From positions 165,850,001 through 165,914,000 of the forward strand of contig NC_042999.1 of the NCBI RefSeq assembly GCF_006345805.1: DNA of 64,000 bases, in the 5' to 3' direction. This document shows positions 1-13,359 of this stretch, piece after piece. The position numbers and the translations under genes were made by a program. This stretch comes from Octopus sinensis (lineage: Eukaryota). The notes beneath the pieces are model-generated. The model was given only the letters and a program-made list of their open reading frames with translations. It had not been told where the DNA came from and ran no database searches. How positions within the stretch are numbered: the stretch's first letter is position 1; the number at the start of each line of letters is the position of its first letter.

Positions 1-120
1 CTGTAGCTTCACATTAATCTATATTTCTGAATGGAAACAGTAAAAATCTGTCATCTATGAATATACTTCTGTCATGTTTTTGCTTACGTCCTACTCTTTG
101 TCCCAATGGCTTAGTGGTTT

Positions 121-343
121 AACCTTTAGCATTTAGATTCTTCTTGTGAAATGTAATGCTTATTTATTCACATTGTTTGGAATTAATCAAGCATTATCCT
201 GTAGCTTCAAGATTTCAATGATGTGATTGTTTACTTTTAGAATGACATTGTAGGGTAGGTGTGAGAGGCTAGATCTGGTTGGCTTGAACATAAAACTGGT
301 AGAATTTTGTGGCCAAATGTGACTGGTTTAGTGCTAAAAGGTT
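121..343. mobile_element. piggyBac-type MITE (CCCTTTAGCA...TGCTAAAGGG family), decayed
   Basis: ttaa-cctttagcatt at the left end and gtgctaaaaggttga at the right. Truncated relatives at 55988-56190 and 58458-58650. Confidence 0.6.
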
Positions 344-2631
344 GACACAGAATAATAAAATAAACTACAGACTGAAATTGTTAATGGTATTGCTATATTC
401 TCTTAATGCCTTCGGATATATTCAACCAATGCCTAGTAAAAGAATAGCAGAACATCCACATGCTTGACAACCGATGGTGGTGTGTTTACGTCCCCGTCAC
501 TTAGCGGTTCGGCAAAAGGGACCGATAGAATTTGTGTGTCTGTGTTTGTCCCCCTAGCATTGCTTGACAACCGATGCTGGTGTGTTTACGTCCCCGTCAC
601 TTAGCGGTTCAGCAAAAAGAGACCGATAGAATAAGTACTGGGCTTACAAAGAATAAGTCCCGGGGTCGATTTGCTCGACTAAAGGCGGTGCTCTAGCATG
701 GCCACAGTCAAATGACTGAAACAAGTAAAAGAGTAAAAAGAGAGTGAGTATGCACACATGAATTTAATTACAATAGTTCTGTGGGGGACATTAGTTGTTT
801 TTACTCCTTACACATGTGACTCCCTAAAGAAAACATATCAAAGCATTAGTAAACTGGTTTCTTATTAATTCCAGTTGATCTGCTATACCACTTTTTCTTT
901 TATTCCCCTCCCCCCTTTTTTTTTTCAAAGACTTCTTTGTTTGTAATAAGTAGCAGCTTTGCTGTTGTCTTCTTAATAAAAAAGAAAAAAATCAATGCTC
1001 CTTTTTTTCTTTTTATTTGCTACTAAAGTACATCATGATCAAAACAAAGCAAATAATTACATACAAACTGGGTCTATGTGTATGAAGCCGTTCAGTCTCT
1101 CTCTCTCTCTCTCTTTCCTCTCCTATTGAAATTCAAATCCCTATTTAACCATCACTTCAGTTAATTGGATTGATTATTATTGTCTATGAGAACCAAAACC
1201 TAGAGTGTTTATAGAAAAATGAATCTGATGTAAAGGTGTGAAGTGATTGTCTGGAACATCCATATAGAATTTCAAACAGAATAATAACATCTGTGACTTT
1301 TTTATGCCATAGCATTTTGTAGAGATTGTTATTGCATGTTCTGCATTATTATAGACATTGATTCTTCTGTTTGAGAAATATTTAATACAGCTACTGTCTA
1401 TGGTAGAAGAGGGATGCAGTAAATGTTAACGGCTGAATCTGTTGATGAGTGTATTATACTACTACCAAGTCTGTTGGTTGATGACAGGGTACTTTAGTTT
1501 TAGGCTATCTGCATTACTATACAGACACCTTCCACATAGTGGAGAACTGTATTAACACATAGCATGGCTCTGAGTGGTATTATGCCAACAGATGTACATA
1601 ATGGGACATGGCACTAACACACACACACACACATGGCACTGTACTAACAAATGCACAGTGGGGAAATGCACTCATAGTTGCAGGTTTTCTGTGGAACGAT
1701 ACTGACAGGTGCATTAAGTATGCAGGTTGCTGTCTGGTAAGAAGTTTACTTCCCAACCACATGGTTCCAGGTTCAGTCCCACTGCATGGCACCTTGGGCA
1801 AGTACCGTCTACTATACTGTTCTCTGCTCACCAAAACCTTGTGAGTGGATTTGGTAGACAAGATGAAAGAAGCCTCTCGTGTGTGTGTTTCCCCATCACT
1901 TCTGAAGAGACCGATAGATTAAATACTAGGTTTGGGTCCATTCATTTGACTAAAACTCTAAGTGGTACCTAGCATGGTCACTGTATAATGACTGAAACAA
2001 GTAAAAAGATAAAAGAGCTGTTGTACTGTATTGGTAGGTGTGTGTATTGATAGTATGTTGCTCTAGTTAGAATTTCTGTGTGTATCCCAGTTTCAGAAAT
2101 AGGTGCATTCTCTCCCTGCATGTTGTAAAGTCAAATAAAAGGACTCATGACAAGGTGGGCGTCCATTCATGAAACACTGCCTCACAAAAAAAGAAAAGAA
2201 AAAAACAACCCATCCAACCCATGCTAGCCTGGGAAAGCAGAACTAAAATGCTGATGATGATTGCTCTAATTGCAATTACTATTTTTTGTTGGTGCATTAG
2301 ATTACACACTTAACTTGGCAGTTCTAAATATACATTCATTACTGTATTACTAATTATAATATAAGTGTTAACACATCTAAAACCCGATGTTAACGCTGTG
2401 GATTCTGAGGCTGTTAAGGAGCTTTTAAGGATTGCTACTTAACTGCACTTTCATAGCATTGAGTAAATAAGACATATCTTCTCTTGGATAAAATGCCAGA
2501 CTCTTGAAACTAATGTTCCCCACTCTTATCTGTTAAATACCTCCTGATAGCCATGGAATAAACTGAGGTAGTGTAGATTAAAATGATCTGCTCAGAAATT
2601 GTACCTCATTTTATAACTGGTATATATGTTA

Positions 2632-3026
2632 CTAGCAGTATCGCCCGACGTTGCTCGGGTTTGTAAGGGAAATAACTATATAAGCATTTTTAGAGATGTA
2701 AAGTATAATAGCCATCTCAATATGGTTAACCACAAAGGTGGGGGGGTGTTACTGTAGCTTTTTACGTTCTGAGATTTAATAATAAATTTTTAGAGAGTTA
2801 CTTCCCTTATATATGCCAAAAATGCATTAAAAATGGGAAAAATTTATGGTAAATTTTTTTTAAATCGTAGACTCATCGTAGACGCGCGCTAATACCCAGA
2901 AGGGCTCGATATGAATCACGACTATAAGATACCCGGTTTTGGTTAAACTGCACCGCAAAATGTGGGAGTAGTTAGGAATCTAAATCGTAGGAGACAGACA
3001 GCACACAATCTCACTTTTATATATAT
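2632..3026 (-). mobile_element. Non-autonomous Helitron-like element
   Basis: On the minus strand it ends in CTAG|T (2635-2631) with the subterminal hairpin cccga-cgttgc-tcggg (2644-2659). The other end is TATATATAAAAGTG-like. This is the typical Helitron terminal architecture. Confidence 0.6.
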
Positions 3027-3105
3027 GTTATGAATCTCACTATGGAGTGGAAGACAATACTAGCTTTAACTGAATGTCATCCAACCTTCAGACACTGAAT
3101 TAGAT

Positions 3106-3384
3106 AGTGTTGGTCTGCGGACCGGTGCTGGTCCACAAGCCATCAGCTACCGGTACACAGCAAGTTTCCAGAAAAGAAAGTAACATTATAAAATGCTTAT
3201 GTAATATTGTATTGTTTGTTTACAAAATAAATATAAGATAAAAAAATTGTCAACTTCTATTATATTCATTGTATATATTGTTTCCAGTATAAATTAATAT
3301 TGCTAAGAAATATTACCAGTTCCTGGCACATTGGTGGGGGGGGGGACTGCCGGTACACCACATCAGATAGTTTGAGAAGCACTG
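3106..3384. mobile_element. hAT-like MITE fragment
   Basis: Right end tttgagaagcactg resembles a hAT/Charlie terminus (reverse complement CAGTGCTTCTCAAA). The left end is degraded. Confidence 0.4.
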
Positions 3385-3980
3385 CTGTAAAGTATAAACA
3401 TTTATACTAATAGACCCATTTATTTTAACCAATCCACATATATATATACACATATACACACACAAGCATATATTTACTCTAGTATGCACCTGTATGTATA
3501 CCCCTCCAATATACACCTGCATATAAACATTTACACAAATATGTACTCTTACTTGTTTACACAAATACATCTTCTTAAACTTTGGAGGAATGAACAGAAA
3601 AGTTGAACTGCTTTTGATTGAAATCCACAATGAGCAGATCCCTACAAATTGACTGCAGAAGATCACTAATTCAGCTCATCCAACCGTGTTTGTATCCCAT
3701 ATTTGTTCAAAAGCAATATTACACTTGTAGTCTTTCAGTTTGAAAGCACTGTCAATAACAAGCCTAGCTTATGGTATGTGCGTGTGTGTGTGTGTTTGTG
3801 TGTGCACGCATGTGCTTCACACCCTAAGTCAAAATTGTTTAAGGTTTGTAAGAGTAGATGTGATGTTAAGGCATGTCACAATTTAACTTACTGGTGTTTT
3901 GGTGGTGACTTGTACATCATACCAACTGTGTATATACATAGATAAGTATTTGTCAAGATAGAGATAAAACATACATGATA

Positions 3981-4143
3981 GGCGCAGGAGTGGCTGTGTG
4001 GTAAGTAGCTTGCTAACCAACCACATGGTTCCGGGTTCAGTCCCACTGCGTGGCATCTTGGGCAAGTGTCTTCTGCTATAGCCCCGGGCCGACCAATGCC
4101 TTGTGAGTGGATTTGGTAGACGGAAACTGAAAGAAGCCTGTCG

Positions 4144-4180
<37 letters not shown>

Positions 4181-4383
4181 CTGTGTTTGTCCCCCTAGCA
4201 TTGCTTGACAACCGATGCTGGTGTGTTTACATCCCCATCACGTAGCGGTTCGGCAAAAAGAGACCGATAGAATAAGTACTGGGCTTACAAAGAATAAGTC
4301 CCAGGGTCGATTTGCTCGACTAAAAGGCGGTGCTCCAGCATGGCCGCAGTCAAATGACTGAAACAAATAAAAGAGTAAAAGAG
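3981..4383 (+). mobile_element. SINE family A (tRNA-like head), near-intact copy
   Basis: A-box-like TGGCTGTGTGG, B-box-like GGTTCAGTCCC, internal (TA)n and gtaaaagag tail. Further copies at about 469-744, 1712-2016, 16393-16765, 16900-17282, 20935-21150 and 30352-30716 (+), and 21503-21870, 35428-35834 and 55221-55610 (-). Confidence 0.9.
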
Positions 4384-5639
4384 ACTGATATATACATATA
4401 AACACACACAAACAGAGGCAGAGAGAGAGTTGTATCATTTCATCTTTCTCAGTTTAACATCTTTAATTCTCAAAATTACTGCTATTAGAATTGGAGGAGA
4501 ATGTTAGCTGAGAGATTTTTTTTTCTTGTGAGTTTGTTTTATCTGCTGGAATTTCTAATTGTGTCTATTGAAGCATAAAAAAAGCCTGCAATAAGAATTT
4601 ACTTGATTCCATGGAATAAAGTTTGTTAACATAGAATGCCTGCAAGGAACTTGACTAACATATCGAGTCAGACACCTACACTGAATGCTTTGTTACATTC
4701 TAAGCAATCTTAGATTGATAATATATGTATGTGTGTATATGTCATTTATATGGATATATGCATCTACTGTTTATGTATTTACTTTGATTTCATCCATACT
4801 GTAAGTTTTAAATTGCAACAGGTGAATACGTAGTTGGCTGAGAGGCTCTCTCTTACATGTTTTCAGCCATGTCAGTACAACATAAGCCATCATTCATTTG
4901 TCAAAGACTGTTATACAACTTTATACACAACCATTTCCCATTGTTGGTTTGTGTTTATCTTTATTTCTGACTCTCACCTATCCACTTCATTGATTTTTTT
5001 CGTTTATTCTTCTTATTGATTTCTCTTTTTGTTGCTGTTTTGCCCCAGGCTGGGCTTGGTCAAATAGACTTATGACCAAAGGCCTTTTGGCTTTAACTAT
5101 CTTGTCTTGGTGTGCTGTTGATATGATTTGGCCTTTTGAGATGTGAACAAGGCAATTAAATCTGTTCATTACGAACTTTTGACATTCAGTGACATTTTAC
5201 CCAAGCTGTCTGGGGTACATTTCTTTTCTAAACTTGGTACACATGGGTTACTGATTATACTTTGGATTAAAATTCTTTATGGAATGAATTTCATTGTAAG
5301 ATAATGAATGTCATGTCCTTGTTGATGTTTGTCCTCGGCTGAGTACTGCATATAGAGATTAATGATCAGTCATTCTAGCTGTAATCTTTCTGCCTTTATT
5401 TTAGGCAGTGTACTAGGACCATGTTTCCAATGTGTCCTTTATTTTGATTTTTTTTAGACAAGAAGTATGATTTGAGGGAGATTTAGCTACTGTTTCTAAC
5501 AAGTTTAGCAACCATATAGGGGTTCCATCATTAGCTTGCTTGTTATGAATATCATAAAGTTCCAAATGTAATGATTGTTGTTGATGTTGCCCTTCTGTAT
5601 ATGGTTAAACTAAATGGTTGCAAAAGCAATTAAAGAAAT

Positions 5640-5915
5640 GGAGGTGGGTAAAGCAGCTGAATCATCAGGGGTCGTCACTGAGATGCAGAAAATATCCTGT
5701 GAAGTAGGGCATACACTAGTCATGTGCATAGCCAGATGAAGTGTACTAGGAGGTATCATGGCCTATGACTAGCATAGCAGTGTCATCAACAGCTACAAGA
5801 ACAAAGATACTCTAGAAAGGAGCAACTCTACAACAATCAACCTGATGAACCAAGTTATGAAAGTAATAGAAAAAGTTATAACACAACTGATTAGGAAGAT
5901 TGATTAAATGAGATA
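5640..5915 (+). mobile_element. RTE-type LINE reverse-transcriptase fragment
   Basis: SSVINSYKNKDTLERSNSTTINLMNQVMKVIEKVITQLIRK resembles the RTE YKGKGDALE..NYRGI.L...MK..E motif. Confidence 0.7.
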
Positions 5916-8900
5916 TGGTCTAAAGTGTAGTATATGACCTTTTCTTAGTAAGTTCTTAGCTAAGAGCAATCCACCACACTGAGCATTTTATCTAGAGAAT
6001 GCTACCCTTCACAAGGTACCATGTTCAGTAATCTAAAGGTCAATGAAAACTTTTGCAACCATAGAGCTGTCAACTTCTATAATTAATGTCTTTACTGAGG
6101 AGTTTCCTTTAGGTAGTCCCTCATTTTTGCCATGCCTTCTCCTCATTCAGCAACCTCTTGTACTAACATTTCCAAGCCTCTTTCTTCTTGATGTCATTGT
6201 TGTTCTGTACACACTTATTTTATTATTTATACTGACACAGTGTTATCCAGAAAACTTCTCTTCTCTGATTGTCAGGTCACAGAACAATGAGAATGTGAAT
6301 GGCATTCAGTTCATTGTCACTTAACATACTCTACCTTAATTACTTCATCCATTTCTCTTCCAACAATATGCTTACTCCACCCACTCTATTGTTGTTACCC
6401 ATCCCAGTGCTGTTACACACTCAGAAGCATTTCTACCTGTGCACCAGTGCCTTAAGGAGTTCTTCTCCATCTTACCTCTTAAACCAACATACATTTATTT
6501 ACCTTCACTTTCACATTTCTACAACCTCTTTATTTTACCCAACTTTTAGCAGGTTTATATCGAGAGCCGGTAGCCCTGAAGTTTTGCACTTGACAGGGAA
6601 AGTGGTTTCCAGCAGTGGGAGGGTTAAATGGATTTTGTCATTGATTTTTCTACATTTGAAAAGAAGAGAGTTGATGGTGCAATGATTTAATGACAATCAA
6701 CAAGTTCTCACAAATGCCAAAATGTTTCCATCTTGCTATAATATCCAAAACTAACCTGGTTAGTGTTTGTACTTTATATGCAGTTAGGGTTTTCCTTGTC
6801 TTTGTGAATGTCATGGTTTTAACATGGCTTTTTTGGCAGATGCCTTTCTCATCACTAGCTGCTTAACTGTATGGTTGGGGTGTGTTTTATTGTGCTACCA
6901 GCACTAATAAGCTTGTCTTTCAAGACAAAAGTATTTTCTCTATACTGTGTTAGCTTCCAGAATTCAGCTGTTCCCAGCAGAATCTCATTCAGTTACTACT
7001 CTGCTAATTGGTTGCCTTCACTGACCTACATATCTTTATTATATTGCTGAAGATTCTTTCAGTATGAAAATAGGAAAAAGAGTAAAAACTGGATTTCATT
7101 TGTTTTGTATGAATCTCTAGAAGGGGAGCAAGGATCTTATCAAGAAACAAATACAAAAAGAGATATAGTTAAAATCACAAGTTAAAATATTGTAGGGCAT
7201 GTGATAGTATAGCCCTTTCCATTGGGCAAAGCAGAAGAGGAGTAAGTAACATACATGCAAACATACTTGTCAAGTTGTAGAGGAGGTAATATTTGCTTGT
7301 ATTCAGGTAGCGGCCAATATTAATGTAGCTGGTTCTTGTTTGATGGTATCCAATAGAGGTAGCATATGTCTATCATTATCATCATTTAACATCTGTTCTC
7401 CTTGCTGGTATGGGTAGTATGGTTTAACAAGATCTGGTAAGCCAGAGGATTGCACCATGCTCTATAGTGGATGCCCTTCCTAATGCTAACCATTTCACAG
7501 AGTGTACTAAGTGGTTTTTACATGGCACCATCACTGGCAGGATCACCTAGTAACTTACAATATGAAGACTCCTTGGCTGGGAGTGCGTAGTAGTAGTATT
7601 GAGGGAGGTGGCTTTGTGCCAGTTGATGAGGGCGAGAGATAGGTGTTTTGCTGTTGAGATACATGGCTACCCCAGTTTGTAAGGAAAGGAGAGAGTTAGA
7701 GAGAAAAACTAAACAGGGAGAAAGAGTTGGTGGTGATGTGTTGGGAGATACCTTCAGGGTAAGATATATAAAATATATATATACACCCACACTCACAGCA
7801 TTTAAGGATGAGATCTTAACACTAATGATAAAAGTATCACTTAACTAAGACTGGTACTCATTGGCATCCCTTAGAGGAAAGAGGAAATATGTTATGTTCA
7901 CAAGCTGCCAGTTTGTGAACAGTGTGTATAACATGTAAATGAATATTCACAGAGGAAGCCACCCAGAGGGGGAGGAGGGAGTGATACTACAGTAAGGTAA
8001 TTTTTCATATACTTTTAAAATTTTTCTGTGAGATTTCTGAGTTAATTAGATTCTATTCTATTGTTGTAGCTCTGAATTTTTAACTTTCATTAAAGATTCA
8101 TAGAGCAGTTTCATGATTTTTATCCATCTAGTTAGACATGGAAATGTGTTACATCCAATACTGAATTCACATCTATGCATATGTATGTATAGTGAGTGTG
8201 AGGGTGTGAAAGAAATGAGAGAGCTCATTAACTGTCCATACACACAGACATACATGCACAAAGAGATAAAGTAAAAGACAATTAGTGGTGAGGGGGGTGG
8301 AGAAACACAGACTATTGTTATATTTTGAAGCAATTTTAGCTTCTGATAGTTTGTTGTTTGATCTAATATCAAACCCGCAGACCTCTGGTGAGAGACATCC
8401 TTGACCTAGTAGCAGTAGCAGTAGAACTGTCTTCAATTTATATCTTATATATATTACATTCCCTTTCCTGAGGCTTTCAGCCCCTCAGGGTATGCCGGCA
8501 GGGTATACAACATGTCTGGGGTATTTTAAATCTAACAAAGCACATCATTCTCCAAGTCTGACCTCAGCCAATTCTTTCTTGGGAGAAAAAGAGAATTAGA
8601 AATAACTGAAGATGTAAATGAGAGTAGAATTAACCCTAGTACTGGGCGTTTATTTACTGTTCATGAGAGTATGAAAGGTAAGATTGACTTCAGTAGGTTT
8701 TGAACTCAGTGCATTGACAACTGGAATAAATACTGCAAGGATTTCTATGCAATGCTCTGAGAACTGCTAACTTGCTGCAGTGTGTGCGTGTGTGTGTGTG
8801 TTAAACAAACTATGATGCCGAACAGTTTGTATTTTCTAATAAGTTGTTATTCAGCCCACTCTCAAACCCAAGTGAGTAGGCCTATGATCAAAGTCATTCT

Positions 8901-10845
8901 TGACCTGCTAGAGATAGCAACCTAATCTACCTCATTTCTCAAGAAAACTTTGGATAATGTAGCCCTGGTTTTCCTTACACATAAAAAAATGTGTGTGTAT
9001 GTTTGTGGACTTGAGTGCCTGTACTGTATGGTCTTCAAAAGATTGCATTGGATGATGTGATCCTCAGTACATCGTGTTCTGCATGGTAAAGGAAAAGGGA
9101 TGGCCATTTGGTCAGGATCTCTGATGTTGACCTTGCATCATTATTTTTTTTCCTCTGCTTTCGAGGATTCCCATGACTCTCTGTCACCATCCAGTTTCAT
9201 TATTATGAATTTGAATTGGGAGCTTGATTGAGTCATAATGAATCTTTCATTAGCTGATTACACAACCATGGATGCCATTCCTAGGGATGCATTGCAGTTG
9301 CTCTCTTGATAGTGTTTGGTGATCTTGACTGTTGATCTTGTAGGATTGCTCTGCTCAGAGTCAACAGAAGCACTGTTGGCTCAGTTGAGCTCTTCCACCA
9401 CCTCTTCACAATCAGCCATGCTGCAGTCCCATAACTTTGCTTTATCCCTGGCAGGGTGGCTGAACAGGTGATGTGCCTTGCCAAAGGGCAACCCGTGGCT
9501 ATGCAGTCTATGATCGTCACTCTATGATACCTGCATACTCTGAAATATTATGAAGTCATTTTTGATTGGGTAGATCCTATGTTACGTATAGAGTGGGTAG
9601 CTGAGAAACATATTAATCAAGATATAGTCTGTTGATGTATTTTCCTTGCGTTCTTCTTCATACTTGTAATATTTGACATGATGATTTACAGTTTTATTAA
9701 TATATTTCAGTAGATTTGAATGCAAATATGCTAACTGCTGTTGTCTTAGTCACAGGAGAACAGTGTCTTATAACAACTGTATGTTCATAACATGCTCAGA
9801 TCATTTGTACAGGGGATTCTAGGACACCAATATTTCAACATATGTCTTGTCAACCATAAGTACCAGGACCAATGGATCTAACAAGAGCCGATAGTCTTGT
9901 TTACAACTTCAGTGAACAAACCTGTTCACTGAACTTTGTTGATATCTGCCAACTGATAATAAATTGTCATATGTACAGTGAACAGCAAGATACAAAATGG
10001 TGACTTGCATATTTATTCTTAATACATTCTGGGAGATTTGAATTGCAAATATGCTGACTGCTGCTGTGTTTATCACAGAAGAATGTCTCTTTTACAACAG
10101 CTGTGTGTAATATTTTAGCTAGCATGGTGTATGTGAAGAGCTAACTTGACCATGGCAGATTTGGCCATTTATAACTTTAAGCAACTTGTATTAGAAATAA
10201 CTGAAAATGTAAATGAGAGAAAGAGAGCACAATTAACCCCAGTACTGGACCTTTATTTACTGTTCCATAAAGTATGAAAGGTAAGGGACTTCAGTAGGTT
10301 TTGAACTCAGTGCATACACAACTGGAATAAATAATACTGCAAGGCTTTCTATGCAATGCTCTGGCAACTCTGGTAACTTGCTGCTGTGTGTGTGTGTGTG
10401 TGTGTGTGTTAATCTCACAAAAAATTACTGAAAATTCACTAGTCTGAGTTTTGGTATCAGTGAAATAATTTTTAATACACTGTTATTGTGTTTGTTGTTA
10501 TACCAATAATACAGGAAGGAAGAAAAAAAAAGAAACTGATCGAAGTTGCAGCTCAATATTTCATGAAGTTGTGGATCGGTGGAAGCAGTAGTGTTGGACA
10601 AAATACATTCTAGTGTTTAATTATGGTCCATTACATTCAAGGGTTCAAATTTCACTGAGGTCAACTTTGCATTTCATCTTTCTAGAATCCACAAAATTAA
10701 GTACCAATTAAATACTAGGGATCAATAAAACTAACAGCTGCTTCCCTTCAAATTTCTGGTGTTATGTTTTTGGAGTGTTTTAGAGGAGGGAATATTTTCC
10801 TAAGAATAACCCTATTTTAATGGCTATAATAGCCCCCCCCCCCCC

Positions 10846-11072
10846 GGTGAGCTGGCAGATATGTTAGCACGCAGGACAAAATGCTTAGCGGTATTTCGTC
10901 TGTCGTTACGTTCTGAGTTCAAATTCCGCCGAGGTCGACTTTGCCTTTCATCCTCTCGGGGTCGATAAATAAAGTACCAGTTTCGCACTGGGTCAATGTA
11001 ATCGACTTAATCCCTTTGTCTGTCCTTGTTTGTCCCCTCTATGTTTAGCCCCTTGTGGGTAGTAAAGAAATA
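10846..11072 (+). mobile_element. SINE family B (ggtgagctggcag...gtaaagaaata)
   Basis: Flanked by tataatag(t)cccccccc direct repeats consistent with a TSD. Other copies at 15888-16126 (+) and 36395-36621 (-). Decayed variants at about 31440-31870, 45740-45955, 47340-47465, 52880-53090, 56350-56800 and 58135-58345. Confidence 0.88.
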
Positions 11073-11098
11073 TATAATAGTCCCCCCCCATCTCTCTG

Positions 11099-11129
<31 letters not shown>

Positions 11130-12643
11130 AATATGTTTTAGCCATCAGATACAGGTCCTTTCTATTTATGCCTCAATGAAATTGCCTTCTTCCCATCACA
11201 TCTGACCCTACCTGCTGAATTATTATTTTTTTTTAGTTCTTTGTACTTTTATGACATTTCTTGTTGAAAGAATGAGTTGAGAGTCAGAATGACTTTTTTG
11301 CCTTCAATAAATTATTGAGACTACAATATGACTGAAAGGAAAGTAGCTGACAGACAAACTAACAGTATTTGAAGACATCCATTTCTAATTCAAAATTCAA
11401 CAATGTCAGTCTTACCTTTCATCCATATAGGTTTAATAGAATAAAGTTCCTGTTAAATTGGTTATACTCTCTGTCTTTAGAAATCCTAATGCTCTTGTTT
11501 AGCTTCAGGTCAGCCTGATTGAACAGATATATAAAGGGATTCAATTCATGAACATTCTGCATTGTCTAGCATGTATTTAAGACTACATTATCTAATGCCT
11601 TCTCTTTAAGACTATAGGTATGATTTGAAGGCAGTTTGGCTGCTATTTCTAACTGGTTGACCAGCCATATATAGGGTTCCACATTGGTTCATAGAAATCT
11701 TGAAACAATTATTATATTAGAAGCAATTATTTGCTGAAGCGGAAGTAGCCATCACTTTTATCTGACCTCTAGATCAACATCATAATTGTGTCTATGCTAT
11801 ATGTGCAGACAGAGACCACTTAAGAGTAAATTTAAAATATATAAAGCTAGGTCTCTTGAGAATACATAAAAATCTAAGACAGTTTTACTTTCAAATCTGA
11901 GCTTTGACTATCTGAAATTGAAACTCAATCACAACTCTTTTGTTACCATATTTCTGGCGAAATACACTATCTTCGTTTCAATTAAGTTTGAAAATAATGT
12001 AAAACTTAGTAAAATCACTTTGTCCTTATTAAGCTGGTGTCTGGAATAAAATTTTGGTGGAAATTTTTCTTTTAATTCTGTTTAAAATCGGAAGCTTATT
12101 TCATAGAACCAGGGTGGTATTGAGCAGATTCATATCAGAAGAGTTAAATTAAAATTCTATACTAAATTTACCAGTATAGTTATTGATCTTTTCTCTAACT
12201 ATTATACAGGTGATATTTTTACTTCCTTTTCACAAATTCATATATTTACATAAGAAATACTGTATTTATTTGTGTCTATTACACCCTTTTCTTCTAGATT
12301 TTCAAACCTAAATATCATGGTTGTGAGTATTATACAAGAAGTAAATCTTACAAGTTGTTCTAATTGTAGCTGCATTGCCATATTTGGGATAGCATAAGTC
12401 ATTTCTGTTGTCTAAGCTAGACTGATGTTTTATGAAGAGTTTTAATCAATATGCTTAAGCTAAATTTTTCTATCATAGCTATAAGTATACTCATATTGTG
12501 TGTACCTATGCCCATAAGAGCATATCGCAGAAGGTTTTTTAGTTTATTTTTTCTGACACTGAAATATTTCAGGAATAAAATGTATAATCAAAATGAAAAC
12601 CACAAAATATATTGCTTTGTATATGTGGATATATAATGCTTAA

Positions 12644-12863
12644 CCCTTTCGTTACTGTATTTCTGTTGAGATGCTCTCTGTTTCTTTCTATTACTTTAAA
12701 TGTAATAAAGAATTTAGTAAAATGACTTGGTTATCATTAAGCTAGTGTTAGGAACATAAATTGTGACTAAGGTTTGGAGGAAGATTTGAATTCAAAACTT
12801 ATGAAAACAAGACATTTGTACTCAGAGCCAGAGCTGGTTTCAGCCGGGTTGGTATTGAAAGGG
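12644..12863. mobile_element. piggyBac-type MITE (~220 bp)
   Basis: TTAA|CCCTTTCGTTAC ... GGTATTGAAAGGG|TTAT. Same family as 13139-13359 and 22063-22283. Confidence 0.8.
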
Positions 12864-13138
12864 TTATGTAAAAACTGCTTAAAATTTGCTGACACAGACC
12901 ACCAGCTGTATGACTGATCAAATCTAAAGAGCTGAAACATATCATAGATAATAAGAGAGACTAACACTATGTCATTATATTTGCATGTTGTTTATGTTTT
13001 AGCTGAACTGTCATTGAAGATATATAATCAGACGAAAGAAATGATTTTGGTCATTGGAGATGATACGAGTGTATAATGATTACACAAATCTAGTTATATA
13101 TATTATATTTATTCTGCTATGTTCACCGACACTCTTAA

Positions 13139-13359
13139 CCCTTTCGTTACCGTATTTATTTTGAGATGCTCTGTGTTTCTTTCAATCATTTTAAATATAA
13201 CAAAGAATTTAGTAAAATAACATCGTTATCATTAAGCTAGTGTTCGGAACATAAATTACGACTAAGATTTGGTGAAAGATTTGAATTCAGAACTTATGAA
13301 AACAAGACATTTATACTAAGGAGCCAGAGCAGGTTTCAGCTGGGTTGGTAACGAAAGGG
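13139..13359. mobile_element. piggyBac-type MITE (~220 bp), intact ends
   Basis: TTAA TSD on both sides and TIR CCCTTTCGTTAC / GTAACGAAAGGG. Confidence 0.88.
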
